Assembly (NCBI GenBank): GCA_030390025.1
Contig: CM059425.1
Coordinates: 70,556,001-70,620,000 of the forward strand
Reading direction: 5' to 3'
DNA from: Squalus acanthias
Lineage: Eukaryota
Length of the DNA stretch: 64,000 nt
The notes below the pieces were generated by a model, which saw only the letters and a program-made list of their open reading frames with translations, did no database searches and had not been told where the DNA came from. The first letter of the stretch is position 1, and every line of letters begins with the position of its first letter. Both the position numbers and the translations under genes were made by a program. Below are positions 27,851-39,763 of this stretch, piece by piece.

Positions 27851-28782
27851 TTTGAGTGAGGGCAGGATTAGGCTTGGTCATGATGTCCTTCATGATGGAA
27901 TAGCCGGTTGAGACTGATAGGGGGAGAAATTCGGTATCGCCCCTTTTGAAAGCTGGGAAACTTAGCGGCAGGCGCTAATGATTCCCGGCTTTCTGTAAAT
28001 TCGGTGTTTGCGCTCCAGGAAGGAAGTGGAGTGCTAAACCAAGCGCTCCACTTCCTTCCTGGAGCGCTAAAGGACGCAGGCGGGGCGGTAGTGGTGCAGC
28101 GCTGCACAATGTTCCGTGCAGCGCGGCCACGATCCAAGGCTCCTTCCCTCCCTTAAAGGGAAAGGCCATCGCTGCAGGCTCTGCACTGGAAGCAGTTAGC
28201 TGGTTCCCGACGGTGGCAGCGATCCGGCCCAATCAGCCCCATGCACTCCAGCAGAGTGCAGGGCTGATCGATCGCGGCCCAGGAGAATTGAAAAAAATTG
28301 GAAAAAAAGCATTTTAGAAATTTTCCTACTTACCTCGGCATCCTCCCCTTTAACTTCCGCCCCCGAAGCATCCGGCTTCCCGATGAACGCCTCCTGCAGC
28401 TGCCGGTGTTTTCGCCCGGTGAAGCTGCAGGGGCTGGAACCAAAGTTCGGGTCCGGGGCGCTACCGGGTCGATGCACATGGCAATGACGTCACGATCTCC
28501 GGGCGCAGGAGATCGTGGCACAAAGTGTTAGCACCGCCGCAAACCTCCGGGCCAAGTTAGCGGAGTCATTCATCTCGCCGCGCCCGGGCGGTAAGTCGTT
28601 AATGCCCCGTTATCGCCCCCCGGAGGCGATAACGTGAGGCGTTAAGGAGGCCAATTTCTAGCCCATAGTCTAACTTTACAAATGAAGAATGTCCACTTGG
28701 GCAAGATAGCCGAGGGCCGCTGTAGCCCAACGGGAGTCAATGTCTACAGGAGGGGAGGGGAGGAAACTAGGAAAAACAAAAC
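27851..28782 (+). mobile_element. 3' half of tRNA-SINE, interrupted by the MITE at 27920-28664
   Basis: 27851-27919 plus 28665-28782 align by eye to 45720-45930 (CAGGATT.G...; ATGAAGAA...; AGGGGAGGGGAG tail). Confidence 0.55.
27920..28664. mobile_element. Young GC/CpG-rich MITE (PIF/Harbinger-like), 745 bp, with multiple internal hairpins
   Basis: TIRs GGGGGAGAAATTCGG and (rc) GGGCTAGAAATTGG; exact TSD ATA (27917-27919, 28665-28667); CpGs retained. Confidence 0.8.
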
Positions 28783-28801
28783 ATCTGCTGTAATTAGAGA
28801 T

Positions 28802-29961
28802 TAAGCGATTAGCGTGTAAAGTTAAGGCACATGGGATTGGGGGCAAGGTATTGACTTGGATAGAGAACTGGTTGGCGGACAGAAAGCAGAGAGTAGGAAT
28901 TAATGGGTCTTTTTCCCGAGTGGCAGGCAGTGACTAGTGGGGTACCGCAGGGATCGGTCCTTGGACCTCAGCTATTCACAATATACATTAATGATCTAGA
29001 TAAGGGAACTAAATGTAATATCTCCAAGTTTGCAGATGACACAAAGCTGGGTGGGAGTGTGTGCTGCGAGGAGGATACCGAGAAACTCCAGGATGGTTTG
29101 GACAGGTTGGGTGAGTGGGCAGAAGCGTGGCAGATGCAATATAACGTGGATAAATGAGAGGTTATCCACTTTGGTGTCAAAAACAGAAAGGCAGACTATT
29201 ATCTGAATGGCAATAGATTGGGAGAAGGGGAAGTGCAACGAGACCTGGGTGTCCTTGTGCACCAGTCGCTGAAGGTAAGCATGCAGGTGCAGCAGGCGGT
29301 GAAGAAGGCAAATGGTATGTTGGCCTTCATAGCGAAAGGGTTTGAGTATAGGAACAGGGATGTCCTGCTGCAGTTGTACAGGGCCTTGGTGAGACCACAC
29401 CTTGAGTACTGCGTGCAGTTTTGGTCGCCTTATCTGAGGAAGGATGTTCTTGCCATGGAAGGAGTTCAGCGAAGATTCACAAGGCTGATACCTGGGATGG
29501 CAGGAATGACATATGAGGAGAGATTGGGTCGATTGGGCTTATACTCGCTGGAGTATAGAAGAATGAGAGGGGATCTCATCGAAACATATAAAATTCTGAC
29601 AAGTCTGGACAAACTAGATGCAGGAAGAATGTTCCCGATGGTCGGAGAGTCCAGAACCAGGGGTCATAATCTAAGGATAAGGGGTAAGCCATTTAGGACA
29701 GAAATGAGGAAGAATTTCTTCACCCAGAGAGTGGTGAACCTGTGGAATTCTCTACCACAGAAGGTAGTTGAGGCCAAGTCATGAAATATATTCAAGAATG
29801 AGTTAGATATATTTCTTAAAGCTAAAGGTATCAAGGGATATGGGGAGAAGGCAGGTACAGGGTACTGAGTTTGGATGATCAGCCATGATCTCTTCGAATG
29901 GCGGAGCAGGCTCGAGGGGCTGAATGGCCTACTCCTGCTCCTATCTTCTATGTTTCTATGT
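28802..29961 (+). mobile_element. CR1 LINE (HER1-like), 5'-truncated, inactivated RT
   Basis: VTSGVPQGSVLGPQLFTIYINDLD...SKFADDTKLGG, LVRPHLEYCVQFWSP, RMRGDLIETYKIL, FFTQRVVNLWNSLP. +1 frameshift near 28917, in-frame TGA at 29155-29157 and 29782-29784; 3' tail (TTCTATGT)n. Confidence 0.95.
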
Positions 29962-31199
29962 AATACTGAGCTGGGGAAACACTTACTCTAAAAGTGGGAA
30001 GATTGGATTCATTTCATATTATCATGGCCCAAAGTGAACGTGACTTAAGCATTTCATGATATAAGTGTGGCTTTCAAAATTTTAAATAATTTCAGAAGTT
30101 ATTATTGCAAATGCAAAATGCACTTCAGTGTAACTCAGCATAAGAACGTTGTTTTCCTTTTACTGGATTCATACAAAACTTCTATACTTGTAACATAGCA
30201 AAGCGTATTACATAATATATTGGGTGTCTCATGTATGGTCGCCGGTCAGAGCCACCTGATCACATGGCCATGATTGCACTGAAGATCAGCATATGGACAC
30301 AAGAGCTCTGTTCTGCCACGTTCTTTGGGGGGACCCTCAGGACAGGACAGTGCAGGAAGTTTCAATCCTGCACTGGTTTTTGTCAGCGGACACCAGGTGA
30401 AGAATGCTAACCATCAGCACGAAACACTGCTGGTTGGTTCATGTCAATTGCTACCTCCCTCTGACAGCATGGTGGAGCCTGGGAATTCACCACTTTCAGT
30501 ATCAGTGGCATGTAATCCACATCCTACCACACGCCAGTGGAGGGTATTAGTTTACAGCACATAACGAGTTAAAAGTTAATTTCACTGAGGGTTTGAAACT
30601 ACTCTTTGCAAATATCGTTGTGCAAATGCTTAGCGCATTTGTACGGCCTGAATTTTTAAAACGTCGTCCTTGTCAGGGGGCCTGCTGCCACACCAGGTGA
30701 CATGACGCATCATGGAGTGCTGAGGAGTGGGTTCAGAGCTGTAAATTCCCCCCCCCCTGCTACAAGCTCCCAATCTCAATTATGAAGTTATTAAAGTGCC
30801 AAGCCAAGGCCAAGTGTCTTCCCACAGAGAGTGAGGAGTGAATGTAACTGAAAGTCACCAAAAGACCTGCTCTCGCACATCTTAGAATGATTTTTTCTGA
30901 AACCTGAGAGCAGATCACCTGCTTGCCCACGTGGTTGCTGTTAGCACATGGCCCAAGTGAGAGGAGGAAAAGACAATTAAAATAACTTCAGAAAGCAGAG
31001 CTTTCGCCTTTGCAGAAAAAAATTCTTCACGCATTAAAAAATTAATCGCCGATAAAATTAACGTGCTAATCGCAGAAGTTAACTGTGATTGATTGACAAC
31101 CCCAAGAAATATATATATATATAAAAAATCTTATGTCTGCACATACTTCCTATCTACAACACTTTACTTCCTGTTGGTATGTTTTTGTCGCACTATTGT

Positions 31200-32460
31200 G
31201 TAAATTGTTTTGAATTCTGTGGAGGATGGGAGGCCAGGAAGGAGGGCATTGGCATAATTGAGTTTAGAGATGAAAAAAGTATGGATCAGGCTTTCGGCAG
31301 CAGAGAAGGAGAGGTGGGGTGGCAGCGTGTCATGTTGCACAGGTGGAAATACGTTTGCTTGGTGATGGACAGGATGTGGGGTTTGTAGCTGAGTTCAGGG
31401 TTGAGCAGGATGACTAAGTTTCAAATAGTGCTGCTTCTCCATCAGTGAGCGCAACCCATTCTGTGGCCAATCAGAGGCAAAGGAGTAGAATTTATGGCAG
31501 GTGCGGAGAATGATAGCTTCAGCTTTTCTGATGTTTAGTTGAAGAAAGTGTGACTCACCCGTGACATTGTGATAGACAGACTGATGGAGGGGGTTATGGG
31601 TTTGAGAAAGGCAGGGCATAGTTGGAGGTGGGTGGCACCAGCATATATATGGTAATATCCCCATGTCTGCTGATGGTGTCACTGAGGGGCAGCTTGTTGA
31701 GGAGGAACAGGAGGGGGCCACCGGCAGAACCTTAGGGGCTTCAGAAGGTGACAGTGTGTGGTGGGAAGAGAAACCATTACTGGAGATACACTGGCTGCTT
31801 TTGGATAGGTGGAATGGAATCATGTAACAGCAGTTCCACACAGCTCGACAACAGAGGAGAGGTGATGGAGGAGGATGGCATGGTCCATCATATCTTCACT
31901 GCAGAGAGGACAAGGAGGACCACGGTGACAGTCACAGATGAAATCATTTGCAACTTTGGCCAAGGCCATCTTGGTGCTGTTAACACCAGGACTGGTACAA
32001 GCAGGACCGGAGAGGTTCAAACAGAGAGCTTTGAGAGAGACGGGCATGGAGCTGAGAGGCAACGATGTGTTTGAGAATCTTAGAATGGGAATGAAGGTTA
32101 GAGCTGGGCTGGCTGTTGGAGAAAATGGAGGGTTAGAACGTTTTTTTGAGGAAGGGGCTAATGATAGTGGTCTTAAAAGGACAGTGCATGGGGAAAGGAA
32201 ACCATTTACAACATCAGTTATCATGGGAGCCAGATAGAGAAGTTGAGTAGTCAGAAAGTGAGTGAGGAGGGGATCAAGGAGGCAGGAGGTGAGTCTCATG
32301 GACGAAATGAATGAAAAAAGGACATGGGGAGAGATTGTAGAGTGATGGGATTTAGGGCTAGAATAGGTGGAAGACCGGGGAGAGGTAAGGAGCGGGGGTG
32401 GGGGTGGGGGGAGAGGAAAAGGATATAGCAGTAGAGGCAGCTGCATGGATGATCTCAATC
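31200..32460 (-). mobile_element. L2-clade LINE internal fragment, highly decayed
   Basis: Minus-strand peptides CLLDPLLTHFL...LAPMITDVVNGFLS, STKMALAKVANDFICDCHRG and HFLQLNIRKAEAII typical of L2 ORF2; several frameshifts. Confidence 0.8.
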
Positions 32461-35400
32461 TAACTCATTATCCTAGTAGAACTCTTGATGCCATCAGAGA
32501 AACACTACCTTATTCACTTGTAAGTTTGATCAATAATACATGAATGAGAAAGGAACTTATAAAATAGTAGCAAATGTAAAATGTTTTTTGTTCCCCTGAG
32601 GAGACAGCATTTAGGATTAATTACAGCTCTGCTAGAACTATGGAAAATCGTATTGCCTGATACTGAGTGCATCTAAAATAAACCTTTAATAGAACGGGTC
32701 ACTTTAATGTGTGATAGTTGGTAAACTGGATTATTAGTCCTTCACATGACAGACTCTGCTTTACAGCAATTTCTGCCAATTCTCAGTACAAGGATTACTC
32801 AATTGCTGCAAAGTGTACAAAATGGCCTAACAAAAATGAATTGAAAGAAGTGTCCCTTTACAACAATCTTACACCATTCCTGTCAACATCAATTGTTCTC
32901 CCATGCATAGCTAATGATTAACTCGCTCTTTTTATCTTACATTTTGGCTAAGTATCCCGATTCTAAACTGGCATACTCAACTTGGGATGCAAGGGCAACA
33001 GCTAACCAGACTCCAATGTAATTATTTAACCTTTTTTTGTCACTGTAGGGTGTTCACCAACTAAAGTAAACATGAAAGGATTTTACTAAACCAGACCATG
33101 GCTATCTAAAATATCTGTGCTGTGCATCTCCAGGACTCCATTTGATTAAAGTCTTAGGTGTGTACATATGAATGCGTATACACTGTGGCATTTGAGTAGG
33201 TGTAAAACATTACTGTTCATAAATACTCAACTTTTAAAAAAGGGAGTCATTCTTATTTTTTTTACGGAATAAAGCACCTAGTTCCCGAGAGTTGTCCTAA
33301 ACAAAAGAAACTGACTTAAACCAATTTTAACATTAATAGCCAGATTTCCTCATTTTATGACTTAAATGTTCATTTATTTAAACTGCCTTAGTAGATCCAC
33401 ATCAAGCTGGTGGGCAATACGGTGCAATATGAATCCGTTAAAGGACTAAAAGAAAATCAACCTATTAGAATGCATCTGTAATAATCCTTTTCAACACTTC
33501 TCAAGCATCTATACTGGAACTTAATTGGTATGAATGACAAATATGTTGTTCGTCCAGTTGTGGAATGTGCAATATTGTCACAGAAGAGCTTCATGAAAAT
33601 GTAGAAAGTGCTGATTTACCCACAAGGCTCAGTATTATAAAAAAGGACATTTCTGGTCCTCCCAGTTTAAAGAGAAGCTGTTCCTCAGGCAGCACTTGTC
33701 AATCACAGAAAACTCCACAGACCCAGTGAGGCACATGTTATAGTTGTTTAATAACTTCAAATGTACAGCTGTGAATGTCATGAGTTTACTATTATCTGAT
33801 CAACGGTGTTGGGATCCTTAAGCTATTAAGGAGAAGGTAATCTCAGGAGACTGATTAGAGGAGTAAGATTACATATAGCAAGGTGATTTTCACTTTTAAA
33901 ATTCAAGGTAAATCAGACTGAGCCACGCTTGAACTGCTTATGATATTATAATAATTGCTAGTATTATATTTTACTGTAATTCTATGTATTTATAAAAATA
34001 CATTATTATTTGCAGCAGCCTTCAACACATTTATAACTGAGTAACTACTTTTCCCAGTACTGTGCATAAGGAAACAATAGGATCTGATGTATTTAAAAAG
34101 TCCTTACTATGTTAAAATAGCATGTAGAATTGATGTCTGAAAATATGAAATTGAATGGTATAGTTGTTTTATAAGTGATCTGGATAATGTTGATAATGGA
34201 AAAATATTTATGCCACTAAATTTTTTTAAAAGACTAACAGATCTCCCATAGCATTGTTCAAATTAAGTTGAATAATAGAAATGTTTTAAAGATCAGGACC
34301 ATTATACCATGAAATTCAGAATGTAGTATTCTGCTACTAAAGTGGATCTGTGTTGAAGGTGGATTGTTATAAATAAACACAACTTGAGGTTATTCAGAGT
34401 TTAACTGTTATTTGGTCAGGGAATTTTGCAGATTGAAATGTGCTCGTCAGTTTCAGGTGGCAGCTCAGACGCACCCAGCATTTTAGGACTGTTTTGCATC
34501 TATAACGAAGTGTGACATCTGTTAGTGTTCAAGTACCATTTTTAATATCTTGAAATAGATAGATGTTGATGTGTACTTTCCTTCTGTCTTAATTACTTAA
34601 TGTTCCCAGTATATGATGCAATAATAAAAAAAAACATATTAAGTGGATTGTGCTGGTTCTCGGGGAATAATTTTTAATTGAAGATAATAAGTACTTAAAT
34701 ATGTTTTTAGTAAAGAATAATATGGATGCAGAATGCATGCCATGCATATCCGATAATCTGCATTTGGTCACAACTAGAAAAGGGAAAATAAAATAGAATG
34801 AGATTATGAATGGCTTTGACTTTTTAATCTCTGATAAATATTTCCCTGTTTATGTAGAATTTGATTTTTGTGCAAAGCTATGATTACATACCCAGGTGCA
34901 TCAGCCTATTACAAATAGTTTTGCAACTGACTGGAAGGTGAGGGACTGAACTGCATAGGACGTGGATTCTGTGAGAATAGAGAGCCACCTGTTGTAAAGA
35001 ACAGTGGTCCTGGTCACCACACAGCAAAGGACAATTAACCTCTTGCATAATGGACCTATTTCACAGATGGTATTGTGAATCTCCCACTATCTGATGTGGC
35101 AAACAATCCTAGAGAAAATACACTCTTGTTTTGGAGTTACATCTGCTCCTTTTGCATTAGTTCTCCATCATGTCTTGATGGACACAGATTGTTCATCACA
35201 AGATACTGAAACAGTTCTCCTATTGCACCTGAAATCACCATTATGTCACAAGGCAGTTGCTGTGTTCCATTCAGTAGATTTCAGATAAATATTTATTGAT
35301 TATCTGTATGTTATTGATGGTTGCACATTGCAGATATCAATATTCTTTTGAAACACTTGAAAAGAGAACTACAGTTATTATAATATATCCAACACTATCA

Positions 35401-35619
35401 ATGGCATATCTGCACATTTTGGGGGGAAAAGTAGTTCTATTCAAATATTGAATGAGTTTTCAAAGTAATTCATTACAACGTTTGTAACATTTTGGTCTAA
35501 TAATTTGCAGAAAAACAGAGCATGCAGCATTGGAGATGGCAAGGCTGGAGGCTATTCACGAAAAGAGTGTTCCCTGTCTTCTCTCTTTATACTTGACTCT
35601 CTCGTTCACCATGAAAACC

Positions 35620-36260
35620 TGGTGGTGCACTGCACTGTCACTCATCTGCTACTGATTACCTTTTCCACTACCTGCTAATCCTTGTCTCATCTCCCCTTTT
35701 TTGAAGTCCATCAGACATCTTGGGCCTTGCTGCAGCACACAGTGAGGTGGAGAATCCTCCTGAGGAGGCGCCGTCACTTGCTCTCACCCTTCGAAGCACC
35801 AGCTCACAAAACAGCAGCCTATGTGCTATAGATAATGAGTTAGAGGAGTCTGCACTGGGTGATTCAAATGAACACCAGTGAGCAGGAGCAAGTGCGGGTG
35901 GAAAGGATGGCCCAGAAATAGCTCACCGGAGGGTAAGGTGCACCATAGCTCTGCTGAAGAGGACACAGGTACAGACTTCAGGGGTGCAACCTTTAAAGGA
36001 AGAATGCTTTCTGTGCACCATCAGTTGCTCAATACATTGGAACCCTTGGCCAGGGAGCTTCTGCAGTATGTCGGGGAGTGTGGAGAAGTCCACTACCAAC
36101 TTGTGTCAGGTTCTGGCGCGTGTCATCGACACTTTGCAGTCATTCCTGGAGCGTGAGGTCACCTCAATGGACGCAGCTGTTGAGCCCTCCCTACACGAGT
36201 CTATGGCACCAGTATGGATGCTCATACTTTGGGCAGGATCACTGGCTGCCTAAATCAAGG
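35620..36260 (+). mobile_element. Decayed coding-like repeat fragment (possibly internal part of a Harbinger-type element)
   Basis: GC-raised, purine-rich block with broken frames (SSAEEDTGTDFRGATFKGRML); family assignment is from vague recollection only. Confidence 0.3.
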
Positions 36261-36984
36261 TTCGCCCGAAGATCGGAACAGGTGGATCTCCAATGGTATG
36301 TCGGCGCTGTTGTTCTAAAACAAATGTTGTCATGCTGCCATCCTGCTTACGCCTAACAGCAGGGCGGTAGCGAGACAAAAGTCCAATAACTCCATTTTTG
36401 TTTCTGTTCTCCCCTCCCAGCTCCACGCAATTCAGCTAGTTTCTCATGGCTGGCCTTTTAATGAGGGCTTAAGCAAATGCTTCCACTAATTTGTGTAAAA
36501 CGCATTTTAGCATGGGGGCAAGAGTCAGAGTGGAGGTAAAAACGGAAGAAAACACTGAACTCGTTTTCTACCAGTCGGCGACATGGACAGGTACATGCAC
36601 TGCACACAAATCTGCACACTTTTCATCCCCTTGGGGCAGCAGATCCGCCGACGCAGTGCGAGTTTGTGCTGCAACAGTTGCTTTGCTGATCCACGAGACC
36701 TGACTGGGAGATTGTTGCAACCCAGTTCCCTGGACCTCCTCTCACTTCTAGTTCACACCACACAACTTGCATTCGACGTTGCTGCTTCGCTCCGAGAGCA
36801 AGCTAAGGGCGAGAAATCTTGACTTTGGCAATCGTTTTTGCTGACTCTGCTGTAATCAGGGATTTCCACCCCACAGCTGGTGTCACAAGGGCAAAGCGAC
36901 AGTGTCGTGTCGGAGCGGGAGCTGGGAGTGGCAGTGAGAAGAACCTGGGGGCGGGAGGAAGGAGAGAGTGTCTCGGTCCACTTG

Positions 36985-37090
36985 AAACATAGAAACATAG
37001 AAGATAGGAGCAGGAGTAGGCCATTCGGCCCCTCGAGCCTGCTCCGCCATTTAATGAGATCATGGCTGATCATCCAAATTCAATACCCTA
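36985..37090 (-). mobile_element. CR1/HE1 3' tail fragment
   Basis: Near-identical to 9211-9315 and to the reverse complement of 29860-29961. Confidence 0.85.
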
Positions 37091-38417
37091 TGAAAGGGGA
37101 AATGTGTCTCTGAATTGACGGGGGGGGGGGGGGAGAGCGGGTGAGGTTATTCTGGATGAATGCATTTGTGAACTGGGGGAGGAGTTCGCTGGAAGAACAC
37201 AGCTCTGTGAATCGACTAACCTGTTGAAAATGGATAAGTCCAAATGCCATTCTTTTCCCCCCAATTTTTTTACCTTAAAAGTTTATCAATTGTGAAATAA
37301 AAAGTGTACCTAAATTAACCTGGATGTATCATTTCTAATGTAAATAGTCAAGATTTACCTGGTGGGTGCAGTAGGGGCGGGGACAGCATTCGGAAGAAAT
37401 GTCTACAATTCTAATGTTTTGTCTATATCCTTGATACCAGTCTTTCTTCCCTTTTCACTCACTACTACTTTTTATGTTAAACTTTACACGCAGAGGATTA
37501 TATGGCCCTAAATGTCTCAGGAAAGAGGAATGATAGAATAAACAGATGTGAATCATGTACACAGAAGCTATATCATTGTTCTATAATGCCATAATGTTAT
37601 GCATGTTCAATACATTTGCAGGTCTCATGAATTTCACACTGTATCTAACTTTGAATGAAGGTGCTCGGCGCTGGAGTCCCATGATACTGCAAATGCCTTG
37701 TGGGAATAATGTGATTTATGTATTGCATTAAAAAAATGTTTTGAAATAAATATGAAACAGTGGCCCATGTATTATTCCACACATCTGACTACAGAAATCC
37801 CCACATATGTAGAGAAGTATAAAGCCAGCACTAAATGTATAACTTTTTTATATTTAAAATTGGTGCCTTTTGACTTCTTTTTAAGTTTGTCTTGAACTTG
37901 ATAACTGTTTATCACTCAATCTGTGTGCCACTTTTTGCCCTCAAGCTCATAATATGCAATCTGCATTCTGTGAAATAAATGTCATGGAAATCCAAATGAT
38001 TACTACTACATAAGTATTCCATAGAATTTGAGAAGCTTTCATAAGATTTGTTTACATTTGAATCCAGCACGATTAGAGTGATTCACAATAATTTTGCAAC
38101 CATTGTACCAATATTGGTCCAAAACTTTTGTTTTTGCTTTGACTCTCAAACAAGGTACACATGCAATACTTTTTAAACCTATACCTGCTTTTAAGCTGCC
38201 ATAAATTCTTTTCATCTCTGAGACACACTGACAATAGGAGTGGTCCATATTTAAGGTATTCTTCAAACAGGCACAAAACTCTGATGTTGACTTTGACTCA
38301 CATAATAAACTTTTTAAAAGAAATTTTGACTGATTTAAGAGCAGAGTTTTGAGGAAATACCTTGATTTTTAAAGCTGAACACCTCTGAACATGAACAGTT
38401 GATTACACTCACATATG

Positions 38418-38469
38418 CACACACACACACACGCACACACACGCACCCGCACAGACACAGACACACACA
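38418..38469. repeat. Imperfect (CA)n microsatellite
   Basis: cacacacacacacacgcacacacacgcac...acacacaca. Confidence 0.9.
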
Positions 38470-39645
38470 AACAACAAAACCCCCAGGGCTAACTCCTTTA
38501 TGCTCCAGCCTGTATCTTGCCACCATAACTCAGCAAACCCACTGCAACCAGACAGTTTTGAATTTCAGCTGGGACCCGAGCGACCTGTTAATGAAACTGC
38601 ATAAGGGTAAAAACTCACAGTGTTGAGTTATGCCTGGCGTTGCAAGCAGACTTGGAGTCAAAATGCTTCAAGCGTTAACGTAATTGCAAGAATGTGAAAA
38701 ATGAAGCATCAGGCTCCTGAGCAAAGCAAAAGGTCAAACCCGAGCCTCTCACAAAACAGCTCTGTGGAAGATGGCCTCATTTCACCATTTAATCAGCCTC
38801 ACTCTCTGTTGTCTCCATAATTTTTTTAACCTATTAAAAAAACTGCAATTAACTTTAGAAAAAATACACTCTGTCTTCGATAAGTGACATTCACTAGGTT
38901 TCCATGTTAAAATATGATCTGTGGCATCTATGAAAAACACTGCACTCAGCCCATAAGTCAATAAGTGCTCAGCAGATTGCAGGTCACTTGAACTTATGCA
39001 TGTAAAATAATCAATACTTCTCAAAGATTAGGTTTTCAGGATCTTCAGAAATGACAGAGAAAACAAATGTATAGCACCCATAAATACCAGCAAGATGGGA
39101 TTTTTTTTGTTCCAGCTTTCAGACTGAATTCAATTAAAACCACAGTTTTCCTTTATAATAGTGCTTTGGTCGTACAGCACTTATTAGTTTCTACGTCACA
39201 ATGGTATTACCCTAACGCCACAATAATTCATGTAACAAACTATAGTCACTACTCACAGAGCAAAAGCAAACAACTGGGCTTCTCTGAAAAGTGGATAAAT
39301 GTCACAAAATATATAGTATGCTGTGACCTCTGGCACCTGAATGGATTGGGTTTATTTATACGGTCCAGAAAAAACATTATTCATATTAAAAGACAAAAGG
39401 CTATAGCAGCACTTGTTACTTAACCTGTTACCGCTGTGTCCATATTAACTGCCGTATCATTTCCTTCATGCAACTTATGTCGCTGGCTTTTAAAAACAAA
39501 ATTGTTTTCACTGACGGCTTTTCTGCGATTACGCACCCACCCCCTGATACTGATGTTTGCTTTATGACGCATGCAACCATATCGTGGGAAGGTGGGGTTT
39601 GTTTAGCCATGCCTACTTTGAGCGAGGAGAGAATTATCCTCTTAC

Positions 39646-39763
39646 CTTGCTCGCTGCTGTTGTCCCCACTTTGGGAGGCATGGCCCCCGCTGGAGGGTCC
39701 TGGTGTGCCAGCAGAGTGCGTTGACGTTGCGTCATCGTGGTCTCTATTCCAAGATGATGGGTT
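39646..39763 (-). CDS. MEIS2: Meis2 coding exon 7
   Basis: attag|AAC CCA TCA TCT TGG AAT AGA ... GAG CAA G|gtaaga; encodes [39 protein letters not shown](G); 118 nt. Confidence 0.95.

Noticed and set aside
29218-29784. 188-aa ORF as a host gene
   Set aside because: It is CR1 ORF2 between two premature stops.
31820-32458. 212-aa ORF
   Set aside because: Frameshifted L2 remnant.
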